A stretch of DNA of 63,847 nt, counting the filler, from Reticulomyxa filosa (lineage: Eukaryota > Protista > Foraminifera): NCBI GenBank assembly GCA_000512085.1. It is 18 parts of 18 records of this genome, joined end to end, with 100 filler letters (N's around TTAATTAATTAA, not from the genome) between each part and the next. Parts side by side here need not be neighbours in the genome. Positions count along the whole stretch, not along the records: positions 50,491 to 55,095 come from ASPP01010488.1; positions 55,196 to 56,536 come from ASPP01048283.1; positions 56,637 to 57,667 come from ASPP01028318.1; positions 57,768 to 59,539 come from ASPP01014395.1; positions 59,640 to 60,715 come from ASPP01047843.1; positions 60,816 to 62,682 come from ASPP01000918.1; positions 62,783 to 63,847 come from ASPP01018269.1; 11 more parts are not named here. One strand, written 5' to 3'. The notes below the pieces were generated by a model that saw only the letters and a program-made list of their open reading frames with translations, was not told the origin of the DNA and ran no database searches. The stretch's first letter is position 1; every line of letters starts with the position of its first letter. Both the position numbers and the translations under genes were made by a program. This document shows, in pieces, positions 53,488-63,847 of this stretch.

Positions 53488-55000
53488 GTCTGTCTCTGAG
53501 ACTACAAATCATTGGGTGGTATGTGAATGTTCTCATTTGACCACGTTCAGTTTGCTGCAACAATTCACAACCAATAATAAAAGTAGCTCAGAAACACAAT
53601 TGGCGACCATGGAATACGAGTTGATACACTTGGCCTTTGCGATATTGTTTGGATGTGTATTTGTATATATGGTTGTATTACTACTGCCATTGTATCGACA
53701 AGGAGGGTTGCAATGCTCCACCATGACGCAGGGACTTTTGAACGTGTGTCTGCTTCCACTGCAAGCCTTGTTCCAGATCGCTTTAACATTGGAGTTCTAC
53801 TTGATTGGCTTGCTCAGCAAAAGTCGATCTCTGGACCTCACCACATGCGCCATCATTGCCATCATCATCCTGCTGCTCTCCACACTCCTTTATTTTGTCA
53901 TGCTTTGCATTATTGTATACACCTGGATTATGCTCTCCTCGCCGTTTCGAGGCCACTTTAACCAGAGTCCCCACGCCGGCGGACGACACAAGCATAGCAA
54001 CAGTCTGACCGAATGGCTGGGCGAAACCATTGTCCTGCGTCTCTTCATCATCGTCGCCGTCATGGTCGTGCTCTTGTTCATGAACTTTGCCTTCATCGCT
54101 TTGCGCTTGGATTACGCTTATGTGTGTGGCGAGTACGTGTGGACCATTTATGTCACCCTCTGTGCTTGCATCTTTAGTTATTATGGATACAAAATGGATC
54201 AGACCGTCAGTGGATCTATTTACATGATGAAAAATTTGTGGGAAATGAAACAAGTATGTACAATACACATTATATATATTTACATGTATGTATGCATATG
54301 TCAATGTATACGTGATTATTCATTCATACTCCGAAATATGTGTTTGTAGCAAAGACTCGCAGATGTGATCAATCGTGGCTCGTCGCTGAGTCCGAACGAC
54401 AAGTTGTCACAGCCGCAATTGCAGCTTGAAAATGTCCCCAGCAACAGCGCGCAAAAGACGTTGACAAAGCACTTGAGCGTTCGAAAACGTGGTTTCAGCG
54501 ATGATGCGAATGGGACAATAGATAATGAGAATAATGACGATGGCAATTGTAATTGTAGTGACAGTAACAATAAAACAAGCAATGATAACAAAAAAATAAT
54601 AATAATAATAATAATAATAATCAGTATCCGAAAGGTCGTTCATTGACACAAACATGGTCCTCGGGACACAGCAAACAAAAGTCGTCGATGGACAGCAAGT
54701 CTTTTGTGTCTGTCTTCTCGAGTGAAAAGGACAAAGAGCAGTTCAAAAAAGAAGAACAGGCTTTGGTGCGAACGCGCATTTCCGTCGTCGTAGTCGTGCT
54801 GTTCTTTGTCATTCAGTCGTTCTTGAGCATTTGGAACTTGGCTCATTTGAAGAGCGCCAAGCACATGTTTTCGATGTCTGTCTCCATCCGCGTTATTGAT
54901 CTGTCCTCTCACGCTTTCTTGCTCATCGTTTTGTGTTACATCTATACCGCTCACGTGCGCAAGCGCGTACGCGACCTTGAGCGTCTCAGGGCAGAGTACA
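50491..55000 (+). CDS. REJ/PKD-like ectodomain + GPS (GAIN) + seven-TM adhesion-GPCR-like receptor, partial
   Basis: GPS motif CVWYDWKNETWEPSGC...CECSHLTTFSLL. REJ-like LVLDPSL..GAVYRFSIDV..GTATIDITI. Five hydrophobic helices in 53610-54190 and two more in 54775-54945. Confidence 0.8.
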
Positions 55001-55195
55001 GTTTTGTTTTGTTTTGTTTTTTTTTTAATTATTATTATTCTTGGAAGACATTGCAATGCATTGCAAAAAATACCCCCTTTTTTTTTTTTTTTTTTNNNNN
55101 NNNNNNNNNNNNNNNNNNNNNNNNNNNNNNNNNNNNNNNTTAATTAATTAANNNNNNNNNNNNNNNNNNNNNNNNNNNNNNNNNNNNNNNNNNNN

Positions 55196-55893
55196 GTGGA
55201 TTAAAAGGAGTGAGATTGGAGAATATTAAAGAAATCAAACAAGGATTTTTCATAAGTCATGTAAGTACTTCTGATGATATAGAAGTCGCAAAAATGTACA
55301 GAGGTGATCAAGGATGTATTTTGCATTTTCATCCTTCTATGAGAAGAACATATAACATTTTTAGTTGTGATGTATCGTGGATATCTCCATTCAAACATGA
55401 ACGTGAAATTTTGTTTGCAAGGTCTTTTGTCAGTGGTTGTGATAAAGAAACAGCATGTAAAGAACAATTTGCATGGAGCGCAAAAATAGAGAGTGAAGAT
55501 GAATATACGCAAATGATATTATTGACATGGACAAGATATGATCAGTATATCCAACAAACTATGCAAATAAGTGAAAGGTCGAACCATACAATTGATCCTA
55601 ACATTATCTATATAATTTTACTTGAAGGAGGAATAACTCTGATCGATTTGTACTTACCTTTCTTTGAATCATGGAGAAAGCAATCAAATAATAATAAAAA
55701 ATATGAAGAAAAAAAAAAAGAATTTATGGAAAGACGTTGTTGCAATTGCAATATCAATTTATTTTCAATATTTACTGCAGAAATGGCACCTCAAGAATAT
55801 ACTAGTATTGAACTTGCCGCAATATATACTATCCATAATGGCTTACCATTTGTTGAAAAAGAGAATGAAAAATGGAAAATAACAAAAAAATAA
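55196..55893 (+). CDS. Mono-ADP-ribosyltransferase (ART, R-S-E clade-like) domain protein, 5'-partial
   Basis: FFISHVSTSDDIEVAKMY (STS motif) and DVSWISPFKHEREILF (E-x-E motif). Intronless in the visible part. Confidence 0.75.
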
Positions 55894-56102
55894 TACAATT
55901 TGTAAATCTGCCTTATTCAACATGTTTTTTTTTAAAATATGAATCTATAACAAAACAGTTGTTGAAATTATAACATCCAAGACTGTCACTAGATAATTAG
56001 GTAAATAGTTTTCAAATGCTACTTTAAAAATATTTTAATATTTGAATTTGACAGTTGCAGAAATTATAGCAAACTCAAAAAAAAAACTTCATTTGTATGT
56101 AT

Positions 56103-56536
56103 TTATCTCCAGACACGAATTAAACCTTTCTCTGAACCATAACATAAGTTAACAATACAATCATCATGATTTTTGTTTATTATCCTTTGTTTTTTTTTTA
56201 ATGATATAAATTTAAGACAATGTATTCCATTATCTTCGTTTTTGTCTCCATTGATCGAAAATAACTCCTTCTTATTTGATCGAATGTCCCAAAAACGAAT
56301 TGAGTTATCCTTTGATCCAGAGCATATCACATTTGAACTACCACTGACTTTGTTTTTTAACACAAATGGTGAATATTCAACAGCCCATACAATATGTTTG
56401 TGTCCATTGAATATTTGAATTTGTTTACCATATCGAATATCCCATAAACGAACACTTTTATCATCTGATCCAGATAATGTTGTGTTTAAACCACCAATAT
56501 TTACTAATTCGTTTGATCCATATTTTATACTATTCA
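56103..56536 (-). CDS. WD40-repeat protein (expanded family), C-terminal part
   Basis: SGSDDKSVRLWDIRYGKQIQIFNGH...ICSGSKDNSIRFWDIRSNKKEL. Very similar to 27593-28027 at the nucleotide level. Confidence 0.9.
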
Positions 56537-57394
56537 NNNNNNNNNNNNNNNNNNNNNNNNNNNNNNNNNNNNNNNNNNNNTTAATTAATTAANNNNNNNN
56601 NNNNNNNNNNNNNNNNNNNNNNNNNNNNNNNNNNNNATTAAAAAAAATATTCTCTTAATGGATGGGGAAAAAAATAGAATATCACACTTGGAATTGATCG
56701 AAACACAAATCTAGTTGATTTCTTTTTGGCCATCTTCTTCGAAGAGAGTTTTGCTACACTTTCTTTGCTCTGATTAATGAAGAGCTTTGACAATGGACAG
56801 CTTCACGGATTCAAAGTCTCAAAAAGATAGCGTAAACAAACTCAGTTATGTCGCTTTCAAAGTGTTGACGAAGAAAGGTTAAGTATGTAGAGAAACTAGA
56901 TCGATTAAAGATTGTCACACATGGAGAATCTTCCGAGCACAATGATCTTTTGGATGAAACTGTTACAAACTTTTCAAAGTTTAAGAACAAATTATTCATT
57001 TACAGTCATATCGGGTCTATTTCACAACTTTCAACTGTCTTTTTCAAAAAAAATCTTAAAAAACTTTTGGCTGTAATGAGCCAAGAAAATGCCACTGTTG
57101 ACAATAGATTGGCATAATTGTGTAAGAACCAATATTAAAATTCAGACCTTTCAAAACCCATAACACCAACAACACTTAGCACAGTGCTTAGATTTTCTTT
57201 ATGGATATGCAAAAATTCAATTCTCTATGAGAAAAGGTATTTCTATTTGGAAGCATTTTTATGCAAAAAAATTGAATGATTAATGATTTTTAAAAAAAAT
57301 CTTTGATAAGTTTTTTCATTCAAATAAATAATGACGCGATAACAATAATAGAAAAAATTTCTTTTGTTTTATTGAAGTTGGATAAATACCATTC

Positions 57395-57455
57395 ATTTTT
57401 ACAAATAGTGAATATTCAACAGCATTCACATAGATATAATTATTAAAACTTGAAG
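57395..57455 (-). pseudogene. Short WD40-family remnant
   Basis: ACAAATAGTGAATATTCAACAGC matches ACAAATGGTGAATATTCAACAGC at about 56362 (AVEYSPFV motif). Confidence 0.5.
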
Positions 57456-57867
57456 TACTGTTGTTGTCATTGCATCTTCAAAGAATATAGGGTATTAATA
57501 AATTTGAAAAGCGGAAAACAAAGTAAGGACAGTTCTTTCGATCAATAAATGTACTTTGAAAAGAATTGAATTCATTTTTGTAATTATTATAAAATTTTAC
57601 TCAAACAATTATTTAAAATTGAATTCGGACGGGTCAATAGCTTGTTGTTACATATTAAGTACAATAANNNNNNNNNNNNNNNNNNNNNNNNNNNNNNNNN
57701 NNNNNNNNNNNTTAATTAATTAANNNNNNNNNNNNNNNNNNNNNNNNNNNNNNNNNNNNNNNNNNNNTTTTTTTTTTGTTGGTTTTGTTTTTTTAATTGC
57801 TTTCATATTGCTTTGTTTGGCCGATCAAACACACGCCACCAAACTTTTTTTTTGTTTCCACTTTACC

Positions 57868-58050
57868 TCCATTCATTAACAACAGTGTAAAAAATATCAC
57901 TAGAGACAACTTTGGCATCCTTCCGCGAACGAAGGAACTGTCCCTCTCGCTCCAGTACCGCCGAACTTCGAATACACAAAATGGTATGAAACACACATAG
58001 TTTAGTGCGATCCAGCAAACTCCAATGATTTGCCAAATGCTTAATAACAT
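57868..58050 (-). CDS. Multi-pass membrane protein first exon (7TM/RGS1-like N-terminus possible)
   Basis: TM helix, then RRYWSERDSSFVRGRMPKLSLVIFFTLLL, then a GT donor. Confidence 0.45.
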
Positions 58051-58856
58051 TTCAATTTTTTGACCTTTTCTCGATAATTCGTTTTACTTCTTCCAGTTTT
58101 TTTCTGGTGGCTGGTCGTTTGCGTAGCCTCTTTGTTGTCTTGCCTCTCACACTTTTTCCGGTTGCAAAGAAAAACTGCAACAATGAAAATCCAAAATGCT
58201 GTCAATTGCACACGCATAAAAAACCTTCTAAAAACATTGACATTATAAAAAATATGGACATATCTCCGACACAAATTAGTTAAGATGAGCCAGAAAAAAA
58301 TACAATTTTGGATTAAAATTTATCATTCTTTAGGAATCCAATTAATGTGGCAATCCAGTACTTTAAAGAAAATATTGTCTTAACAAGTTATCAATTGCAT
58401 ATTTTGATGAGTTACGTTTATTACAATGAAAACATTGTATATTACAACTGCGTTTAACGTAAAGTAAGTTTTCCGAGTAGCAAAAGTGTAATACGAAAAG
58501 TAATTTTACTTTTACAGCAAAAAACGAAAAGGAATTAAACAGTAGAACAGACCAAAACAAGGACAGTTCGTGAAAGTAAAGTGAGGAAAGCTTAGAAAAA
58601 ATTTTCAAAGTTCCCTTGAACGTGAGAACCAGTGTCTTTCTACAAAACTATAATCGAAGCAATGGCATTCTTAAATTGAGAACTATGCAAAAAAATCGCT
58701 TGAACAAATATAAATTTTCTAAATTTTATTCAAAATAAAGCGCATTTGTCAGTACAAGTTACAAAGATTATTTTTTCAGGAAAAACAGTAACGTCAGTTG
58801 TTTACGTTCATTTTCGAGTTTTCCCCGCGTACGGTACCACAGATTGGTCTGCCATC

Positions 58857-59475
58857 ATGTCAACAGATAATGATAATGAAAAAGTAAAGCTCCTTCGCGA
58901 AAAATGCAACCACGACGTAAGTGTCTCAATCAGTGTATGATTATCCAAATTTTCGTTCCTACAAAAAAACACACTGATAAAAACAATAGTTGTTGAAATC
59001 AGAAGACGAGTACGTGAACATGTTGGAAGTACTCGTAAAAAATGTCTTCAGACCACTTTATGAAAATAGTGATAAACTTGGACTCAAGCCACAACATGTA
59101 TCAAATTTACAAAAAAAATAAAATTAATAAACAAGAGATTAAAAAAAAAACGTATACCAACAAAAGATGAGAAGAGAATTTTAAAAAAACAAAAAACATA
59201 GGTTCAATTTGTGTACTTGTTCTTGGAGCATATGTTACAATTTCATATGAACTTCTTGTCCGTCATTAACGACGCATTAAACATCGTGCCAGATTTTTCC
59301 AAATACAGCAATTTTGTGCAAATGTACGATGACTATTTGGGAAAATTTGATAGTGTGTTAAAAGTATTTGCCGAGTGGAGATCAATGGAGTTTCGTTCCT
59401 TTGTGAGCTTGAGATTAGAAAATGAAAAAGTCAGGAAACACATCGAAGCTCCTGTCCTTTGCATGCTGCCATGGT
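58857..59475 (+). CDS. RhoGEF (Dbl-homology domain) protein, 3'-partial
   Basis: Spliced LLKSEDEYVNMLEVLVKNVFRPL...|VQFVYLFLEHMLQFHMNFL...FVQMYDDY fits the conserved regions of a DH domain. Confidence 0.75.
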
Positions 59476-59501
59476 ATTCATTTGGACAATTTTTCATATT
59501 T

Positions 59502-59539
<38 letters not shown>

Positions 59540-59639
59540 NNNNNNNNNNNNNNNNNNNNNNNNNNNNNNNNNNNNNNNNNNNNTTAATTAATTAANNNNN
59601 NNNNNNNNNNNNNNNNNNNNNNNNNNNNNNNNNNNNNNN

Positions 59640-59675
<36 letters not shown>

Positions 59676-59677
59676 TA

Positions 59678-60252
59678 ATGGCAGGAGCAGCACAACTGTT
59701 ACAACACAAGCCAACGCCAGAAGAGGAGAACGCGCGAAAATATATGCAATCAGTGAAAAAAGCGCAAGACAAGTGTCCATCGAATTCGAAGAGATACTTG
59801 CATCAGGTGCATTACGTAGTGAACGACAACAATGAAACGGAGGCTTTTTTGGGATGGAGCGACGACATCCCAGCGGCGCATGTTGGACACGCGGTGAGTA
59901 CTGCAGGCAGTTCGGTCGCATTGCACACGATCGCGAAAGAATTGGACATCAACAACAACGCCGCCACCGCCACCGCCACCGCCACCGGACAAGACACGAA
60001 ATTATTGGAGGAAGAGTTGGATCAAAATTCAGCCCAACATCCTAACCCGAACCCCCATGTTCACACTCAACCACTCACACACATGCAATCGCCTCATCAA
60101 CACAAATCTCATCATCAGCAGTCTTCCACCACCCACTCTGACCTGTTGTTCGTGCCTCATCACGACTTTCCTCACCACGATGAAAAGGATGATCATCCAA
60201 AAGAAGCGCTTAACATCACTAATGCATTTGCTAAAGTAATATATACATATAC

Positions 60253-60293
<41 letters not shown>

Positions 60294-60650
60294 TATACGT
60301 ATATGTATATATGTATATAAAGGATATAAAGGGCAATTATTTGTTTAGCGAGAAGGAACGAACAGATTTTACCAAAACGAAGAAACGATCTCTGCGACGG
60401 ATATTGTTCATGGACGCAAAGATCAAACGTATGAGTGACATTGACACGACGCAGGAAACATTTCGTGCAAAGTTCCACTTTTATTTGACGTGGCTGGCCA
60501 CGTACGACGAAGTGCAAGAGTACTTGAAGTGGGAACACCAAGCGGAACAGCGCAAAAAAGTCTCACGCAAAATGGCACCGTGGGCGCCCGAGTGGGAACC
60601 GCAAATTGAGTTCACCAATGCCATTGATATTCACGACTACGATCGCACAT
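59678..60650 (+). CDS. Pentameric ligand-gated ion channel-like extracellular domain protein, partial
   Basis: IKRMSDIDTTQETFRAKFHFYLTW...EWEPQIEFTNA matches pLGIC beta1-beta2 and the loop A WxP motif. Confidence 0.65.
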
Positions 60651-60815
60651 GTTTTGTGTTTACGTTGTATGTTTTTTTTTTTTTTTTTTTTTTTTTCCCT
60701 TTTTTTTTTTTAAAANNNNNNNNNNNNNNNNNNNNNNNNNNNNNNNNNNNNNNNNNNNNTTAATTAATTAANNNNNNNNNNNNNNNNNNNNNNNNNNNNN
60801 NNNNNNNNNNNNNNN

Positions 60816-61750
60816 GTTTTATCAAATGATCCAGAACAAATTGTATATCCATTTCCACCAATCACACCAATATTATTCATTTTATTATTATTATCATTGT
60901 TATTATCGATTTGTAATGGTGAAATATCAACACAGAAAACGCCAGATTCATGTCCATTGAAAACATGTAATGATTTTGATGTTTCAACATCCCATAAAGT
61001 AATTGTTCCGTCTAGTGATCCAGAACATAAATATCTACCACCATTAAATGATGAAAATTCAATACCACCAACACAACTAGTGTGTCCATTTAATATTTGT
61101 AATTGTTTATTATGTTTGAAATCCCAAAAATGAATTGTATGGTCACCTAATGAAGAGCAAATGACATTTTGATGATGATTATGATAATGATATGATGAAA
61201 ATTTCACACAATACACATGACCTGAGTGTCCATTGAATGATTGAATTTGTTTGTTGCTATTAACGTCCCATACACGAACCGTACTATCACCTGATCCAGA
61301 ACAGATGAATTGACAATCATCAAATGTTGAATAATCAATACTCCACACAATGTCTGTATGTCCAATAAATGTATCGATTAATTTGGATGATGAACAAAAT
61401 GTGTCAAACATGAAGACAGATGCCTATGTTAAATAAATATTGTAATATTTTGGTTCATATTTAGAAAAAAAACAAATGAACTAACATAATTGACAACGAG
61501 TTTGTCAAAATCTTTGATCCATCCTAATTGAATGTTTAATATTCGAACCCAATGATGAATAATGATTTGGATCTCTTCTTCTTTTGACTGTTTTAATTGC
61601 ATGTAACAACGATAAATAAAAGAAATAATAAAAACGTAAAGACAAGTCGGGCTCAACTTTCATTGATAAGTTTAAGTTTACTTGCATTTCTTGTTTTATT
61701 TTTTGAATTTCGTTATCTTTTGATTCGATATCTTTTTGTAAATTTTCCAT
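60816..61750 (-). CDS. WD40-repeat protein (expanded family), N-terminal part
   Basis: EEEIQIIIHHWVRILNIQLGWIKDFDKLVVNY, an intron, then four GH...WD repeats and GNGYTICSGSFDK. Confidence 0.9.
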
Positions 61751-62782
61751 TTCACCAATGTTGTTTTCCGTTTAATTATTATTTTCTTGCTTGTGTATGA
61801 ATGATTATGGCGTTGTTTTTTTTGAAGTTCTTTTGAACTGGGAAATTTTTGTTGTGGTCAACTATAATTTTTTTTGTACAAAAATTACACCATTTGAAAA
61901 AATGTATGTTACAAAGTCGTTTTCATTTTAAAATTAAAAAATAACATATTCTAAATACTGAAATTACATGAGAAGTAGATAAAACATTTATTGTTAAGAT
62001 GGGATTTTATTTGTAAACTTTACGCAAAAAATAAATACAGCATATTTGTTCTTGCTTAAATGGTTTTGTTTTCTGACTTGGTTGTTCCCTACAAAAAGGG
62101 GAAGACTTTAGGACTTTTCAATTCAGATAATTAAAAAATTCAATTGCAAAAAAGGATTAAAAGTAAAAAAACTTGACATAGTACAATCTTTGCGTAATTT
62201 TTTCTTCTTAAAAATGAGACGAACATTGATCAATCATTTAAGAACTGTGAAAAGGAAAAAGAAGAATTGGGTATAAATGCATATTCGAGAGTGTCTCATG
62301 TGCAAATGATAACACCAAAAAGAGTTTAAATATCTTAGGTTATATCAGGAAATTCAATTATATGAATTTTATTGTTTATTATTTTTATTATGGTACTTTT
62401 GAAAGTATTCAAATTAATGCTGTGTTGATATTCCATCGAATAATTTTATTCTTAAAAAAACAAATGAAGATATACAATTTATTTTTGTTTTTAAAAAACT
62501 ACAACAAAATGGAGACAACATAAATATAAATACTCAAATAGGAAGCTTATACAATAAACATATCAACAATCTTTAAAGTATTTTTGACAATATGTTTAAT
62601 TTTTTCTTTTCTTCATTGTTGTAATTATTTTCTATTCAGTTAATACAGTAGATTGCAAAAAAAACCGCCATACCTAAATGGCNNNNNNNNNNNNNNNNNN
62701 NNNNNNNNNNNNNNNNNNNNNNNNNNTTAATTAATTAANNNNNNNNNNNNNNNNNNNNNNNNNNNNNNNNNNNNNNNNNNNN

Positions 62783-62819
<37 letters not shown>

Positions 62820-63490
62820 TGTGTATAAGCATAAACTTGTCGGCGTCAAAAAAGTAAGCCGAAGATTTGGTAGCAACGGCAACTGTTTTGCGATCACATG
62901 ACATGGTCATATTCGTAACAAAATCATTGGTGGGAACATAAGTGCCCGATGTGGAGGGCGTGCGAATGTCCCATACATAGACTCCGTTTTGCTTAAAATT
63001 AGTAAACCATATCGAATTGGGATTGTCTGCACTCCCAAAGGACACTCGCTCCACTGACGCCTTACCGGTAGATATCTTGTGCGAAACATCATCACCTCCA
63101 GTCCTGGCATTTGAGGGCATCTTACTAACCACAAAATGCAGTACACTACTTTGCTTTGTCACCTCTTTCGCGTCTATTTATTTTGATTATAGTTTATAAT
63201 GTTATGTATATACATATATATTACAATAATGATATGTGTAAATAGGATTTTTTTTTTTAAAAAAAAAAAAAACACCCGAGTATGTCGACACTGGAGTGCT
63301 AATTGTACTGGGATATGGGACTGTTTCAATCATGGCGACGAATTTGTTCAAGTCAAATACACGCACAATCTCTTCTCTTCCACCGGTCGCCAATTTGCTG
63401 GCATCGTTGCTAAAGTCCAAGCACTTGACATCCTTTTTGTGTTGAAACTGATGCACTTTATCTCCAGTGCTCCCATCCCACAATATACTG
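62783..63490 (-). CDS. STRAP: STRAP/UNRIP WD40 protein, internal exons
   Basis: ILWDGSTGDKVHQFQHKKDVKCLDFSNDASKLATGGREEIVRVFDLNK, and VYVWDIRT...VTNMTMSCD. Confidence 0.7.
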
Positions 63491-63805
63491 TCCAATTTTT
63501 TTTTTATTTTATTTTTTTTTTGAAACTTTTTTTTGTTTGCTCAAAAAAAAAAAAAAATAAGAGGCATTAATAAGCAAAACATGCAAACAAACAAAAATGG
63601 GCTCATTTCTGTCCCTGCTTTCCCCCTCCTTTCATCTTTTGGACATATATGTTTTTTTGATAAAATATGCGCGCACGTTTGAACAAAGGAGGTGCGTTGG
63701 ATCTTTTGAGGTATGCTCGTTGCAAAAACAAAAAAAAGAGTGTGTTTCAATTACTTTGGCTTTATCTAGAAAGTAGAGGAGGAACACATTTGCAAATGGG
63801 ACAAG

Positions 63806-63847
<42 letters not shown>

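Noticed and set aside
2070-62782. Regularly recurring TTAATTAATTAA palindrome as a CRISPR-like or biological repeat
   Set aside because: It is always centred in exactly 44+44 Ns: an artificial contig linker with stops in all frames.
1-63847. tRNA, rRNA, CRISPR arrays, telomeric repeats, transposase or reverse transcriptase ORFs
   Set aside because: None recognised by eye. A tRNAscan/Infernal/RepeatModeler run would be needed to exclude small RNAs and non-autonomous elements.

Overview
This is not a prokaryotic locus. The window is 18 short eukaryotic contigs joined by 17 artificial 100-nt spacers (N44-TTAATTAATTAA-N44), so adjacency across a spacer means nothing. The AT-rich DNA, GT-AG introns full of poly-A/T and (TA)n, and a characteristic expanded WD40 family point to a foraminiferan, most likely Reticulomyxa filosa. 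That assignment is an inference from recalled family motifs, not from a search. Recognisable genes: RPEL-repeat protein, mitoribosomal mL43, F-box-like protein, EXO1, ABCB transporter C-terminus, RRM protein, IFT74, a USP9/24/34-type deubiquitinase, U2AF65, a REJ-GPS-7TM adhesion-GPCR-like receptor, an ART-fold ADP-ribosyltransferase, a DH RhoGEF, a pentameric ligand-gated channel fragment, STRAP and several WD40 copies. Signals not explained by the ORF track: (1) an intronless ORF of at least 396 codons (1-1188, minus) with a SAP/HeH-like motif and a virus-type MSV199-like domain; (2) a near full-length decayed PA200/PSME4 copy joined directly to a WD40 fragment; (3) introns with a 5' U-tract and a 3' A-tract, or palindromic arms, in place of a polypyrimidine tract; (4) many single-base frameshifts in conserved genes, most likely homopolymer sequencing errors. 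All family calls come from manual motif reading and need HMM confirmation.
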